NCBI GenBank assembly: GCA_949502025.1
Contig: CATBCG010000046.1
Coordinates: 1 to 26,793, forward strand
Source of the DNA: an uncultured Lachnospiraceae bacterium
Lineage (GTDB): Bacteria; Bacillota; Clostridia; Lachnospirales; Lachnospiraceae
Length of the DNA stretch: 26,793 nt
Direction: 5' to 3'
Shown: positions 10,928-18,656 of the stretch, one piece after another
How the letters are laid out: every line of letters starts with the position of its first letter
How positions within the stretch are numbered: position 1 is the first letter of the stretch
Position numbers and translations under genes: made by a program
Notes under the pieces: generated by a model
The model's database searches: none
Seen by the model: only the letters and a program-made list of their open reading frames with translations
Told to the model about the DNA's origin: nothing

Positions 10928-12097
10928 ATGAACGAGGAGATCTTAAACATGGAGCAGGCTGCTCCGACGTTGACGTTTGAGCCATTTGCAGAGGCTGCTC
11001 CAAAGCCGGAGTTGGTTTTTGAGACGCAGCCGATAGAAGAGGCAAAGCAGCCGGAGGTTCCGGCATTTGACGAAAGCAGTCTGACGCAGGAAGAACGTAA
11101 AATGGTAGATGATTTTGCAGCAAAGATCGAGCTGCAAAATTCCAGTCAGATTCTTCAATATGGAGCGGGGGCTCAAAAGAAGATGGCAGATTTTTCCGAG
11201 TCGGCTCTGAAAAATGTACAGACAAAGGATTTGGGAGAAATCGGAAATATGCTTTCCGGAGTAGTTACCGAACTCAAAAGCTTTGATTTGGACGAGGAGG
11301 ATAAGGGATTTTTAGGCTTATTCAAAAAAAGTTCCAACAAAGTAACCGCCATGAAGGCGCGTTATGCCAGAGCAGAATCCAATGTCAACCAGATTTGTAA
11401 AGTGTTAGAGCAGCACCAGGTACAGCTCATGAAAGATATCGCGGTACTGGATAAAATGTATGAACTGAATAAGACTTATTTTAAGGAATTGTCGATGTAT
11501 GTGCTGGCTGGAAAAAAGCGGCTTCATCAGGTAGAGCAGCAGGAGCTTCCGGCTTTGCAGGAAAAAGCCAGACAAAGCGGCTTGGCAGAGGATGCTCAGG
11601 CGGCAAATGATTTGGCAGCTCTTTGCAACCGTTTTGAAAAGAAGCTGCATGACCTGGAGCTGACGCGGATGATTTCGATTCAGATGGCGCCGCAAATTCG
11701 TCTGGTGCAGGGCAACGATATTTCGATGACAGAAAAAATTCAGTCTACGATTGTCAATACGATTCCGCTATGGAAAAGCCAGATGGTGCTGGCACTGGGG
11801 ATTACTCATTCCGGTCAGGCTGCCAGGGCGCAACGTGAAGTGACGGATATGACGAACGAGCTGCTTAAAAAGAACGCGGCAGCCTTGAAAATGGCAACCA
11901 TTGAGACAGCCAAAGAATCCGAGCGTGGCGTAGTAGATATCGAGACCTTAAAGATAACCAACGAATCCCTGATCAGTACCTTGGACGAGGTAATGAGAAT
12001 CCAGCAGGAAGGTCGTCAGAAGAGGCGCGATGCCGAGCAGGAGTTAAGCCGGATCGAAACCGAGCTAAAAGGCAAGCTGCTTAGCTTACGAAATTAA
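10928..12097 (+). CDS. telA: TelA/YaaN-family toxic anion resistance protein
   Basis: 389 aa, with the TelA family signature along its length (SQILQYGAGAQKKMADFSE..., coiled-coil C-terminus). RBS GGGAGG. Confidence 0.88.
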   Translation: MNEEILNMEQAAPTLTFEPFAEAAPKPELVFETQPIEEAKQPEVPAFDESSLTQEERKMVDDFAAKIELQNSSQILQYGAGAQKKMADFSESALKNVQTKDLGEIGNMLSGVVTELKSFDLDEEDKGFLGLFKKSSNKVTAMKARYARAESNVNQICKVLEQHQVQLMKDIAVLDKMYELNKTYFKELSMYVLAGKKRLHQVEQQELPALQEKARQSGLAEDAQAANDLAALCNRFEKKLHDLELTRMISIQMAPQIRLVQGNDISMTEKIQSTIVNTIPLWKSQMVLALGITHSGQAARAQREVTDMTNELLKKNAAALKMATIETAKESERGVVDIETLKITNESLISTLDEVMRIQQEGRQKRRDAEQELSRIETELKGKLLSLRN

Positions 12098-12134
12098 GAT
12101 ATCAAAAATAAAAAAATCACAAAATTAAAAAAGG

Positions 12135-12178
12135 AAGGGGCGACCTGGCAAACAGGCTGCCCCTTAAACTGTCTTTTT
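12135..12178. terminator. Bidirectional rho-independent terminator between the convergent telA (+) and amidase (-) genes
   Basis: Stem AAGGGGC..GCCCCTT with an inner CCTG/CAGG, flanked by A-runs on the 5' side and T-runs on the 3' side. Confidence 0.7.
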
Positions 12179-12185
12179 AAAAGGA

Positions 12186-12980
12186 TTATAACTGTATGAT
12201 GGCAGTATCAAATCCCAGACCCTGTAGGTTGTCAGCGTACTGTCTGGCTTCTGCTAACGTATCAAAGGTGCCGGAGAGTACAGCGTATAAGCCGCCCAAG
12301 GAGATAATCGTAGCAGGACGGTTATACTGCAACAGACGATCGTATTGAGCGGCTGCATTGTCGTATTGGGCAAACAGACCGACTTGCACACGATACGCTG
12401 GGGTTTCCCGTGAGGAGGTCTGCCCGGAGGTACGGACGGAACTACCGGGCGAATCCTCGATTGCTTCTAAAACACCATCTGCAATACCACGGGCAATTTC
12501 TTCAAAACGTTCATCAAATAGCTGATTGTCCTGGTCATTGTTGATAAAGCCTGCTTCTACCAAAATAGCAGGCATCCGGGTACGGCGAAGAACCGTCAGA
12601 TTGGGACGAAGATCGACGCCTAAATTAAGAAATCCAAGATCTTCCAGATTTTCGTTGATATTTTCTCCCATTTCCTCCTTGATCCCCCCGTTGTTGTATA
12701 TCAAGGACTGCACGCCGGAATATCGGTTAGGGGTGACATTGGAGTTGCGGTGAATAGAAAGAAAATAGTCTGCTCCGCTGTTATTGGCAATCCGCACCTT
12801 TTCACTAGGAGTCTGATAGATGTCGTCCGTGCGAGTATAAACAACATCCTGTCCGGCATTTTCTAACATTGCTCCAACTTCTAGCGCCAGCGCAAGGGCA
12901 TCGTCCTTTTCCATTCTGCCTCGGTAGACGGCGCCGCTGTCACGTCCTCCATGACCGGCATCTATTACGATTTTTGCCAT
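12186..12980 (-). CDS. N-acetylmuramoyl-L-alanine amidase (Amidase_3) with a C-terminal SPOR domain and no signal peptide, resembling CwlC
   Basis: N-terminal KIVIDAGHGGRDSGA...SIHRNS amidase_3 motifs and a C-terminal SPOR-like YRVQVGLF...GLYAVLSGTF. Confidence 0.88.
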   Translation of the reverse strand: MAKIVIDAGHGGRDSGAVYRGRMEKDDALALALEVGAMLENAGQDVVYTRTDDIYQTPSEKVRIANNSGADYFLSIHRNSNVTPNRYSGVQSLIYNNGGIKEEMGENINENLEDLGFLNLGVDLRPNLTVLRRTRMPAILVEAGFINNDQDNQLFDERFEEIARGIADGVLEAIEDSPGSSVRTSGQTSSRETPAYRVQVGLFAQYDNAAAQYDRLLQYNRPATIISLGGLYAVLSGTFDTLAEARQYADNLQGLGFDTAIIQL

Positions 12981-13043
12981 TCAAACACTACCTTATAATC
13001 ATAGTTGCTATAATATATGCAGACAAAGGGAGATTGGCGACAA

Positions 13044-13073
13044 CAGCCCGATGGGAAAGTACCCATCGGGCTG
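13044..13073 (-). terminator. Perfect 12-bp hairpin (CAGCCCGATGGG / CCCATCGGGCTG) between the flotillin stop codon and the amidase start codon
   Basis: Read from the sequence. The downstream U-tract is weak, so it may be a partial terminator or a stabiliser. Confidence 0.5.
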
Positions 13074-13092
13074 TATAAAGTTTAGATAACGT

Positions 13093-14502
13093 CTATTTTG
13101 GGTCGTTCTCTTCAAGAGTAGCCGCCGCCATAGCATCGGCTTCCTCTTCTTCTAAGTTTTTCCCAAGAAATTCCGGCAGCTCCATACCTGCTTGACGGAA
13201 CAAGTCGTTTAACGGCGGGATGGATTTCATCATACCAGAAAGGAAATTGGCAGTTGCCGGCGAGCCTTCCTTGCCGCCAAGGGAATCCCAGACGGTTACT
13301 TTGTCGATCTTGATATTCTTGATAGCGTCTACCTGAATCTGCATAAGATCCTGAAGCTTGTCGGCTACCATCAGCTTTACGGCGGCGTTTGGATCTCCGC
13401 CCGCAGCCTTTACCAGCTCGTGCATACCATCTGCCTGCTTTAAAAGCATTTCCTGGATACCACGCGCCTGCGCTTCCATTTTAGAGAAAATCGCATCAGC
13501 CTCACCTTTTGCCAGCCTTCTGGCTACTTCGGCTTCCGCTTCTGCCTGGATTTCCGCTTTTTCCTTTTCAATCTGTGCCTTGACGATGATATCTGCCTGC
13601 TGGGTAGCTCGTTCTAACTGCGCACGGGTTTCTTCTGCCTTTTGCTGTGCCGTATATGCCTCTTCCTGTGCTTTAGCCGCCTGTACCGCTTCTGCAGCAA
13701 CCGCAATACGCAACGCCTCAGCCTCTTTTTCACGACGGGAAGCGTCGGATTGTGCTACTTCGATTTTAGCTTCATTTTCACCCTGAATCGCAGTAGCGTC
13801 AGCCGCCGCTACCTGAATACGCTGGTCGCGTCGGGCATTTGCCTGACCGATTTCACCATCGCGATCCTTTTCTGCCACACTCTTTTTGGCGTCGTTAATC
13901 GCCTTAGCGGCTGCTTCTTTACCAAGCGCCTCTATGTAACCAGACTCGTCGTTGATATCGGTAACGTTGACGTTGATCAGCCGAAGACCGATTTTTTTCA
14001 GTTCGATTTCCACGTTGTTGGAAACGGAAATAAGGAATTTATCTCTATCTGCATTGATTTCTTCAATGTCCATAGTGGCGATAACAAGACGGAGCTGCCC
14101 TAAAATGATATCCTTTGCAAGCTCCTGAATCTCTCCTAGCTGGAGCCCTAACAGACGCTCTGCCGCATTCTGCATGACACCGGTCTCTGTAGAAATACCA
14201 ACGGTAAAACGAGATGGAACATCTACCCGGATATTCTGTTTGGAGAGGGCGTTACGTAAATCCACGTTAATGGAAATCGGAGTAAGATCCAGATACTGGT
14301 AGGATTGTATCACTGGAACAATAAAGGCAGCGCCGCCATGAATACATTTGGCAGAGCGGTTTTCTCCGTTTTTATCGGTTCCTACCTTACCATAAATGAC
14401 CAATACTTTATCGGACGGGCATTTGCGGTAACGAGAGAGAATGGCAATCAGACAGGCAAATAAAACCAGGACGGCGACACAAATAGCAATCAATATTTCC
14501 AT
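13093..14502 (-). CDS. floT: Flotillin-like SPFH/band-7 protein (FloT/YuaG-like) with a long EA-rich coiled coil
   Basis: N-terminal TM segment plus SPFH domain, followed by the characteristic alanine/glutamate-rich flotillin repeats. RBS AAAGGAGAA. Confidence 0.9.
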   Translation of the reverse strand: MEILIAICVAVLVLFACLIAILSRYRKCPSDKVLVIYGKVGTDKNGENRSAKCIHGGAAFIVPVIQSYQYLDLTPISINVDLRNALSKQNIRVDVPSRFTVGISTETGVMQNAAERLLGLQLGEIQELAKDIILGQLRLVIATMDIEEINADRDKFLISVSNNVEIELKKIGLRLINVNVTDINDESGYIEALGKEAAAKAINDAKKSVAEKDRDGEIGQANARRDQRIQVAAADATAIQGENEAKIEVAQSDASRREKEAEALRIAVAAEAVQAAKAQEEAYTAQQKAEETRAQLERATQQADIIVKAQIEKEKAEIQAEAEAEVARRLAKGEADAIFSKMEAQARGIQEMLLKQADGMHELVKAAGGDPNAAVKLMVADKLQDLMQIQVDAIKNIKIDKVTVWDSLGGKEGSPATANFLSGMMKSIPPLNDLFRQAGMELPEFLGKNLEEEEADAMAAATLEENDPK

Positions 14503-14598
14503 AATAGTTTTCTCCTTTTTTAGTAGGTTTGTCAGCAGCTTGAAAAAAGACTGGCTGCTGCAAAAAAGTAGTTATGTAGCGTCTGTAGAAATACACGA

Positions 14599-15240
14599 TT
14601 ACTGCTCCGGCTCCACCAATACGGCATCCCCGCGAACATCGATAATCCGGACACGGCTGCCGGTCGGCAGCGGAACAGAGGAATCCGTGATCGCATCGTA
14701 TTCGTTAAAATGACCGCCAATCGTGATGTTGACTTTTCCATGACCATTTCCCTTGGATGGAACGGTCAGATAAACCGTACCACTATAGCCGAGCGTGGAG
14801 ACGATGGATACGCTGCCGTCGTCTGCCAGCTTGGAAAGCGCGCGGATTAGGAGGGCAACCAGGAACATAAACAAAAAGCCCAACATAATCGCCAAAGCCA
14901 TAGACAGAAACGAGGAAGCAAGTACTCGTGTAAAAGCAAGACCGCTCCAGCCAAAGACACAGAAAAATGCAATAATGCCCTGGAAAGTAAAGAGCCGCAT
15001 TGTCCCAAAATCACCAGGCGCTGTACCATCCGGAGCAAAATCTGTGCTATCTGGTGAAAACGCTCCTCCGTCTGTATCCAGATCCAGACCGGATGTATCG
15101 CTTGGGTTAAAGCTGGAACCATCCTCGCCCCAGCCTAAAAACAACAGTACCATCTGTAAAATCAGAACAAGAGTAGACGGTACGGCGATACAGTAAAGAA
15201 TTTTTTGCAACAGGGAAAGGGATTCCCAAAATACCTGCAT
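14599..15240 (-). CDS. NfeD-like membrane protein (YuaF-like) with a C-terminal OB-fold and an acidic D/S/G-rich linker. The start is probably the internal ATG at 15240 (RBS GGAGGTG) rather than the ORF-track start at 15264.
   Basis: Multi-TM region followed by a VRIIDVRGDAVLVEP beta-barrel tail. It lies directly upstream of flotillin in the same orientation, as in yuaF-floT. Confidence 0.8.
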   Translation of the reverse strand: MQVFWESLSLLQKILYCIAVPSTLVLILQMVLLFLGWGEDGSSFNPSDTSGLDLDTDGGAFSPDSTDFAPDGTAPGDFGTMRLFTFQGIIAFFCVFGWSGLAFTRVLASSFLSMALAIMLGFLFMFLVALLIRALSKLADDGSVSIVSTLGYSGTVYLTVPSKGNGHGKVNITIGGHFNEYDAITDSSVPLPTGSRVRIIDVRGDAVLVEPEQ

Positions 15241-15438
15241 AATGCCACCTCCATTGTTTCGCATTTGTTTGATAGAAAACGTTATAAGGGGAAACTATAA
15301 CGGCTTCTATGATTAAGAATCAGGGAAATTTATCTGTGTAAATTCCGCTTACAATAAGTATACCATAATCTTCAAAAAAGTCAATAAAGCTAATGAGATC
15401 TTAATAAAAAATTTATTGGAAAATTTATAAAAAATGAC

Positions 15439-15467
15439 TTGATTATCTTTGCAAAATCTGGTATACT
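15439..15467 (+). promoter_or_regulatory. Consensus-like sigma-A promoter: TTGATT, 17 nt, TATACT
   Basis: Read from the sequence, about 75 nt upstream of the XRE-family regulator gene. It is divergent from the nfeD-floT operon. Confidence 0.6.
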
Positions 15468-15543
15468 CTCCCTGTAAATCGTATTTACACAAGGCGAAAT
15501 ATGCCTTTGTTACAGATCTACAGATGCGAAAGGAGCGGATAGC

Positions 15544-16107
15544 GTGGGAAGGGCAGAACTAGGAAGACGCCTAAAAGAAGCCAGACTCGCCAGAAGGATG
15601 ACACAGAGCGAGGTAGTGGGGGATTTTATTACCCGTAACATGTTAAGCCAGATTGAAAGTGGCAGCGCCATGCCATCTGTCAAGACGCTGGAATACTTAT
15701 CGAAGAGGCTGGAGATACCATTTGAACAGCTGATGGCAGATGAGGAGAGAGAAGAAACGACGCTGGAGCTGCTGCTTCGTGCAAAAGAGGATTTTAAAAA
15801 AGGGAGATATGAGGAGGTTATCAATCTTTTAGAGCAGGACAATGAAAAAATAACACCTATTTATGATGAGATAGGAGCGATACTGGCACGCTGTTATCTG
15901 CAGTTGGCATTACAGATGAGGGATAAGATGGACGGTAAATGGGCTGTGGAGCATCCAAAAGAGCTGCCAGTGCTGGAACATCGCCTGACCGCCTATGCAA
16001 AAGCAGCCGGACGATATGCCAGCGAAGGAATCTATGCCAGTAAGGAAATCCGAATGGAAGCTCTTGTACTCGAACATTTGAGAGAGGATACGGAACGTTA
16101 CTTATGA
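15544..16107 (+). CDS. XRE-family (Cro/C1-type) helix-turn-helix transcriptional regulator with a C-terminal domain of unknown function. GTG start.
   Basis: HTH signature LKEARLARRMTQSEV...SQIESG...PSVKTLEYLSKRL. RBS AGGAG. Confidence 0.85.
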   Translation: MGRAELGRRLKEARLARRMTQSEVVGDFITRNMLSQIESGSAMPSVKTLEYLSKRLEIPFEQLMADEEREETTLELLLRAKEDFKKGRYEEVINLLEQDNEKITPIYDEIGAILARCYLQLALQMRDKMDGKWAVEHPKELPVLEHRLTAYAKAAGRYASEGIYASKEIRMEALVLEHLREDTERYL

Positions 16108-16149
16108 GACATCTGGAGTTTGATGCTCGTCTTTGCGAACGAATATTTA

Positions 16150-16190
16150 AGGCAGGAAAGCTTTGAAGTGGCTTTCCTGCCTGTTTCATT
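16150..16190. terminator. Bidirectional rho-independent terminator (perfect 12-bp stem AGGCAGGAAAGC / GCTTTCCTGCCT) between the convergent XRE (+) and glycosyltransferase (-) genes
   Basis: Perfect stem read from the sequence, followed by GTTTCATTTT. Confidence 0.75.
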
Positions 16191-16206
16191 TTAAAACGCT
16201 ATCTTT

Positions 16207-16965
16207 TTATTTTTTACGAAAGATTTTCCGCTTAGCACGGATCATAGTAAAGTATCCTACAGCTATGATTCTGCCCAGACGCTGACCGAATATCCGGTTG
16301 ATCTTCTGAATACGTTTGGTTCGTTCTTTTTGTTCCGGGGTATGCCAGGAGGCATGATACCAATGTATGCTGTATGTATTTTGGGTTATTTTCAAACGGT
16401 TGTTCGTAAAACAAAGAGGGGCAAAATATTCAGCGGGAAATATATCGATCCCTTGTATGGACTGATATTTTCCATTGAGCTGCAAGCCATAAGATTTCAG
16501 TAATTCTGTAGTATAAAAGGGAGAAGGTACAATATTTGTCGTACCGTCTTCCTTATAAAAAGAAAGTGAATGGTACAAATCCCGCATCTGTTTTAAAATT
16601 TCATTTCCCGGCTCCGCGCCAAATCCTAAGCCCAGTGCTACGAACATCTGACTTTCAAAGCCCAGAAAAGCTTTACAGTTTAACAAGCTATCCAGGCTTT
16701 TTAACAATTCCACATCTGTGTCCAGATAGATCCCGCCTTCCCGGTAAATAATATCCAAACGGGCATAATCGGGGACGAAAGCCCACATTTTGGCTTCATA
16801 TGCCTGCGCCATATAAGTGCATACGGAAAAATCATAATTAGATTCATTCCATTCTATAATCTCATAATCCGGGCAGAATTTTTTCCAGCTTTCGGCGCAT
16901 GCTTTGTTTTTCTCCGGCATGGGTTTATCGCCAACCCAGAAATAATGTATTTTTTTTGGAATCAT
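16207..16965 (-). CDS. Glycosyltransferase with a DXD sugar-binding motif (GT32-like, Gly_transf_sug family). AT-rich relative to its neighbours.
   Basis: KIHYFWVGDKPMPE...YARLDIIYREGGIYLDTDVE, including the DXD motif. RBS GAGGGAGA. Confidence 0.85.
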   Translation of the reverse strand: MIPKKIHYFWVGDKPMPEKNKACAESWKKFCPDYEIIEWNESNYDFSVCTYMAQAYEAKMWAFVPDYARLDIIYREGGIYLDTDVELLKSLDSLLNCKAFLGFESQMFVALGLGFGAEPGNEILKQMRDLYHSLSFYKEDGTTNIVPSPFYTTELLKSYGLQLNGKYQSIQGIDIFPAEYFAPLCFTNNRLKITQNTYSIHWYHASWHTPEQKERTKRIQKINRIFGQRLGRIIAVGYFTMIRAKRKIFRKK

Positions 16966-16979
16966 ATAAGGGTCTCCCT

Positions 16980-17348
16980 CTAATATCGTATTATTTTTTT
17001 TATGATTTTGCTCAGAACCTGATAGTGGTTGGGAAAAGTAAAAAACAAAATCATTTTTCCAATGCTTTTGATATCTCGTGCGTTTCGCCGGATAAATTTT
17101 TTGTCCTGGATCGTCGTCCCTTCTTGTTCAGACAGTTGACATACCCCTATCATCTGCCGAGCCAGATAACTGGTCAGGATATTGTGCTGGTATCTAGTTA
17201 AGCCAAATCTCCGGTAATAATCCTCTAATTGAAAAAGTATTTTCTTTTTTTGAAAACGACCGAAGGGAATAGACAGGCAGCAAAACTTTTCTGCGTCGCT
17301 ATTCTCTCTGGTACATAAGCCGTCCAAAGGCTTTCTAAAAAATAGCAT
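16980..17348 (-). CDS. Hypothetical 122-aa protein. Its stop codon lies 14 nt upstream of the glycosyltransferase start, and it is AT-rich.
   Basis: Only an ORF whose position suggests coupling to the downstream gene. There is no recognisable domain and no clear RBS. Confidence 0.3.
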   Translation of the reverse strand: MLFFRKPLDGLCTRENSDAEKFCCLSIPFGRFQKKKILFQLEDYYRRFGLTRYQHNILTSYLARQMIGVCQLSEQEGTTIQDKKFIRRNARDIKSIGKMILFFTFPNHYQVLSKIIKKIIRY

Positions 17349-17726
17349 GAAAAAACCGACTCTTTTTAGGAATCCTTCGTTTTAATATAGCGTTTTTTCC
17401 CGTTCTTGTCAACGGGGTGCTGCATGAGATGTCAAAAATCTGCATGAGATGCAGATCAGCAAAAGAGGAAGCCCCCAGGATGCACATTCAGCTCTATCCT
17501 TGCATATGAATTAGCTGACTTTGCTGTCATAGAATAACACTCCTACGGCGTCGTATTCCGTTTTCATTTATTCTTTTTCCATGCGGTGTGCTGGTATTTG
17601 GGCTTGCAGGGGTTCAGGCGGCATATTAAGGTCTTTTTGAGATAATCAACCATTTTCAATAACAACACAGATTAAAATCAGAAATAAAATCGGAAAAATA
17701 TAGAAAATAGCAGAAAGAAAAGACAG

Positions 17727-17770
17727 CGGATGCAACACTTTTTATAAAATGTTGCATCCGCTGTTCTATG
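17727..17770. repeat. Long palindrome CAGCGGATGCAACA-CTTTTTATAAAA-TGTTGCATCCGCTG in the ORF-free region upstream of csrA. It is copy 1 of a paired motif.
   Basis: A 14-bp perfect stem plus an AT-palindromic loop, read from the sequence. Confidence 0.6.
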
Positions 17771-18023
17771 TTATATATCGGCTGCTGTTTTTATTTCTTT
17801 AGAGTCATTTTATACTTTTTTGAAATTTTTATCTTAAAGTGCGTGAAGCCGCATTTATTCAGGTTTTTTCTATCTTATGTATCCCTATAAAAAAGTTTGT
17901 GATGAAGAAGGAGAAGCGAAACAGGATATCAGAATGAAACTAAGTGAATCGTACAAAAATCTATTTTTTCACTAAGAATTTAAGAAGCAGGACTTTAAAA
18001 AATCCTTATTTTATGCGCTTTTG

Positions 18024-18062
18024 CGGATGAATGCAACATTTTATAAAAAGTGTTGCATGACA
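18024..18062. repeat. Second copy of the TGCAACA-TTTTATAAAA-TGTTGCA palindrome (GGATGAATGCAACATTTTATAAAAAGTGTTGCATGA), about 40 nt upstream of the csrA RBS
   Basis: It shares the GGATG..TGCAACA..TTTTATAAAA..TGTTGCAT core with the 17727-17770 copy. Confidence 0.55.
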
Positions 18063-18089
18063 ACTTTTGTAAAAGGAAGGAGGCTTTTC

Positions 18090-18380
18090 ATGCTGAACCT
18101 TACGGTAAAGCCGGGAGAATACTTTGTCATTGGAGAGGATATCCGGGTGATTTTTGCAGGCGGTACGGCTAACAACGCCAGAGTCATGATCGATGCGCCG
18201 AGAAGCTACAACATTGTTCGCGGAAAGGTACTAGAGCAGTCGGAAGAGGGAAGCTACTATGTAGAGCCAGAGATTCCAAAGGAACGGCTAAAAAGCTTTC
18301 AACGGCAGCAGAAGAGACAGAGACAGCAAGCAGAACAAAAACGTCGGGAACAAAAACAGCAGGAAATATCGGCTGTATAG
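18090..18380 (+). CDS. csrA: CsrA-like carbon storage regulator (divergent) with an unusual basic and Q-rich C-terminal tail. The true start is probably ATG 18090 (RBS AGGAGG) rather than the ORF-track start at 18021.
   Basis: Alignable to CsrA: VIGEDIRV ~ IGDDIEI; MIDAPRSYNIVRGKVLE ~ GINAPKEVPVHRREVYE. It lies immediately upstream of flagellin. Confidence 0.65.
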   Translation: MLNLTVKPGEYFVIGEDIRVIFAGGTANNARVMIDAPRSYNIVRGKVLEQSEEGSYYVEPEIPKERLKSFQRQQKRQRQQAEQKRREQKQQEISAV

Positions 18381-18607
18381 CGTTTGCAAAGTAAGAGCAA
18401 TACGAAGTTGTAATAGTAGTTGGTAATATGCAGTACAATATCCGCCTGTCAATATCTGTACGGAGATATTAGGAAAGCCGCTTACAAAGCAGGAGTTTCC
18501 AGACCGGAGGGCATATCGGTACGGGGTATGCAGGGATGAGGTAGTGCTTATTATAAAGAAGCGTGTCCTGGACTCCTTATAAAAGGAAGAAAGGGCAAAG
18601 ACAAGAA

Positions 18608-18656
18608 AGCAGGAACGGATTCCTGAACAATTTAAACACATGGAGGTAAGATTATG
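18608..18656 (+). promoter_or_regulatory. Predicted CsrA-binding sites in the flagellin leader: the hairpin CAGGAA-CGGA-TTCCTG presents GGA in its loop, and a second GGA overlaps the Shine-Dalgarno (CATGGAGG)
   Basis: Sequence pattern only, by analogy with the B. subtilis hag leader, which has two CsrA sites, one of them overlapping the SD. Confidence 0.4.

Noticed and set aside
13358-14103. Plus-strand ORFs of 142 and 153 aa inside the flotillin gene
   Set aside because: They are antisense to the Ala/Glu-rich coiled-coil repeat, which naturally gives open antisense frames.
16899-17201. 100-aa plus-strand ORF overlapping the glycosyltransferase start and the upstream small ORF
   Set aside because: It lies on the opposite strand to a better-supported, RBS-coupled gene pair and has no RBS of its own.
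18381-18653. Sigma-D (sigma-28) promoter for flagellin
   Set aside because: I searched for TAAA-N15-GCCGATAT on the + strand upstream of flagellin and did not find it. The only CCGATAT-like sequence is on the opposite strand, so no promoter call was made.
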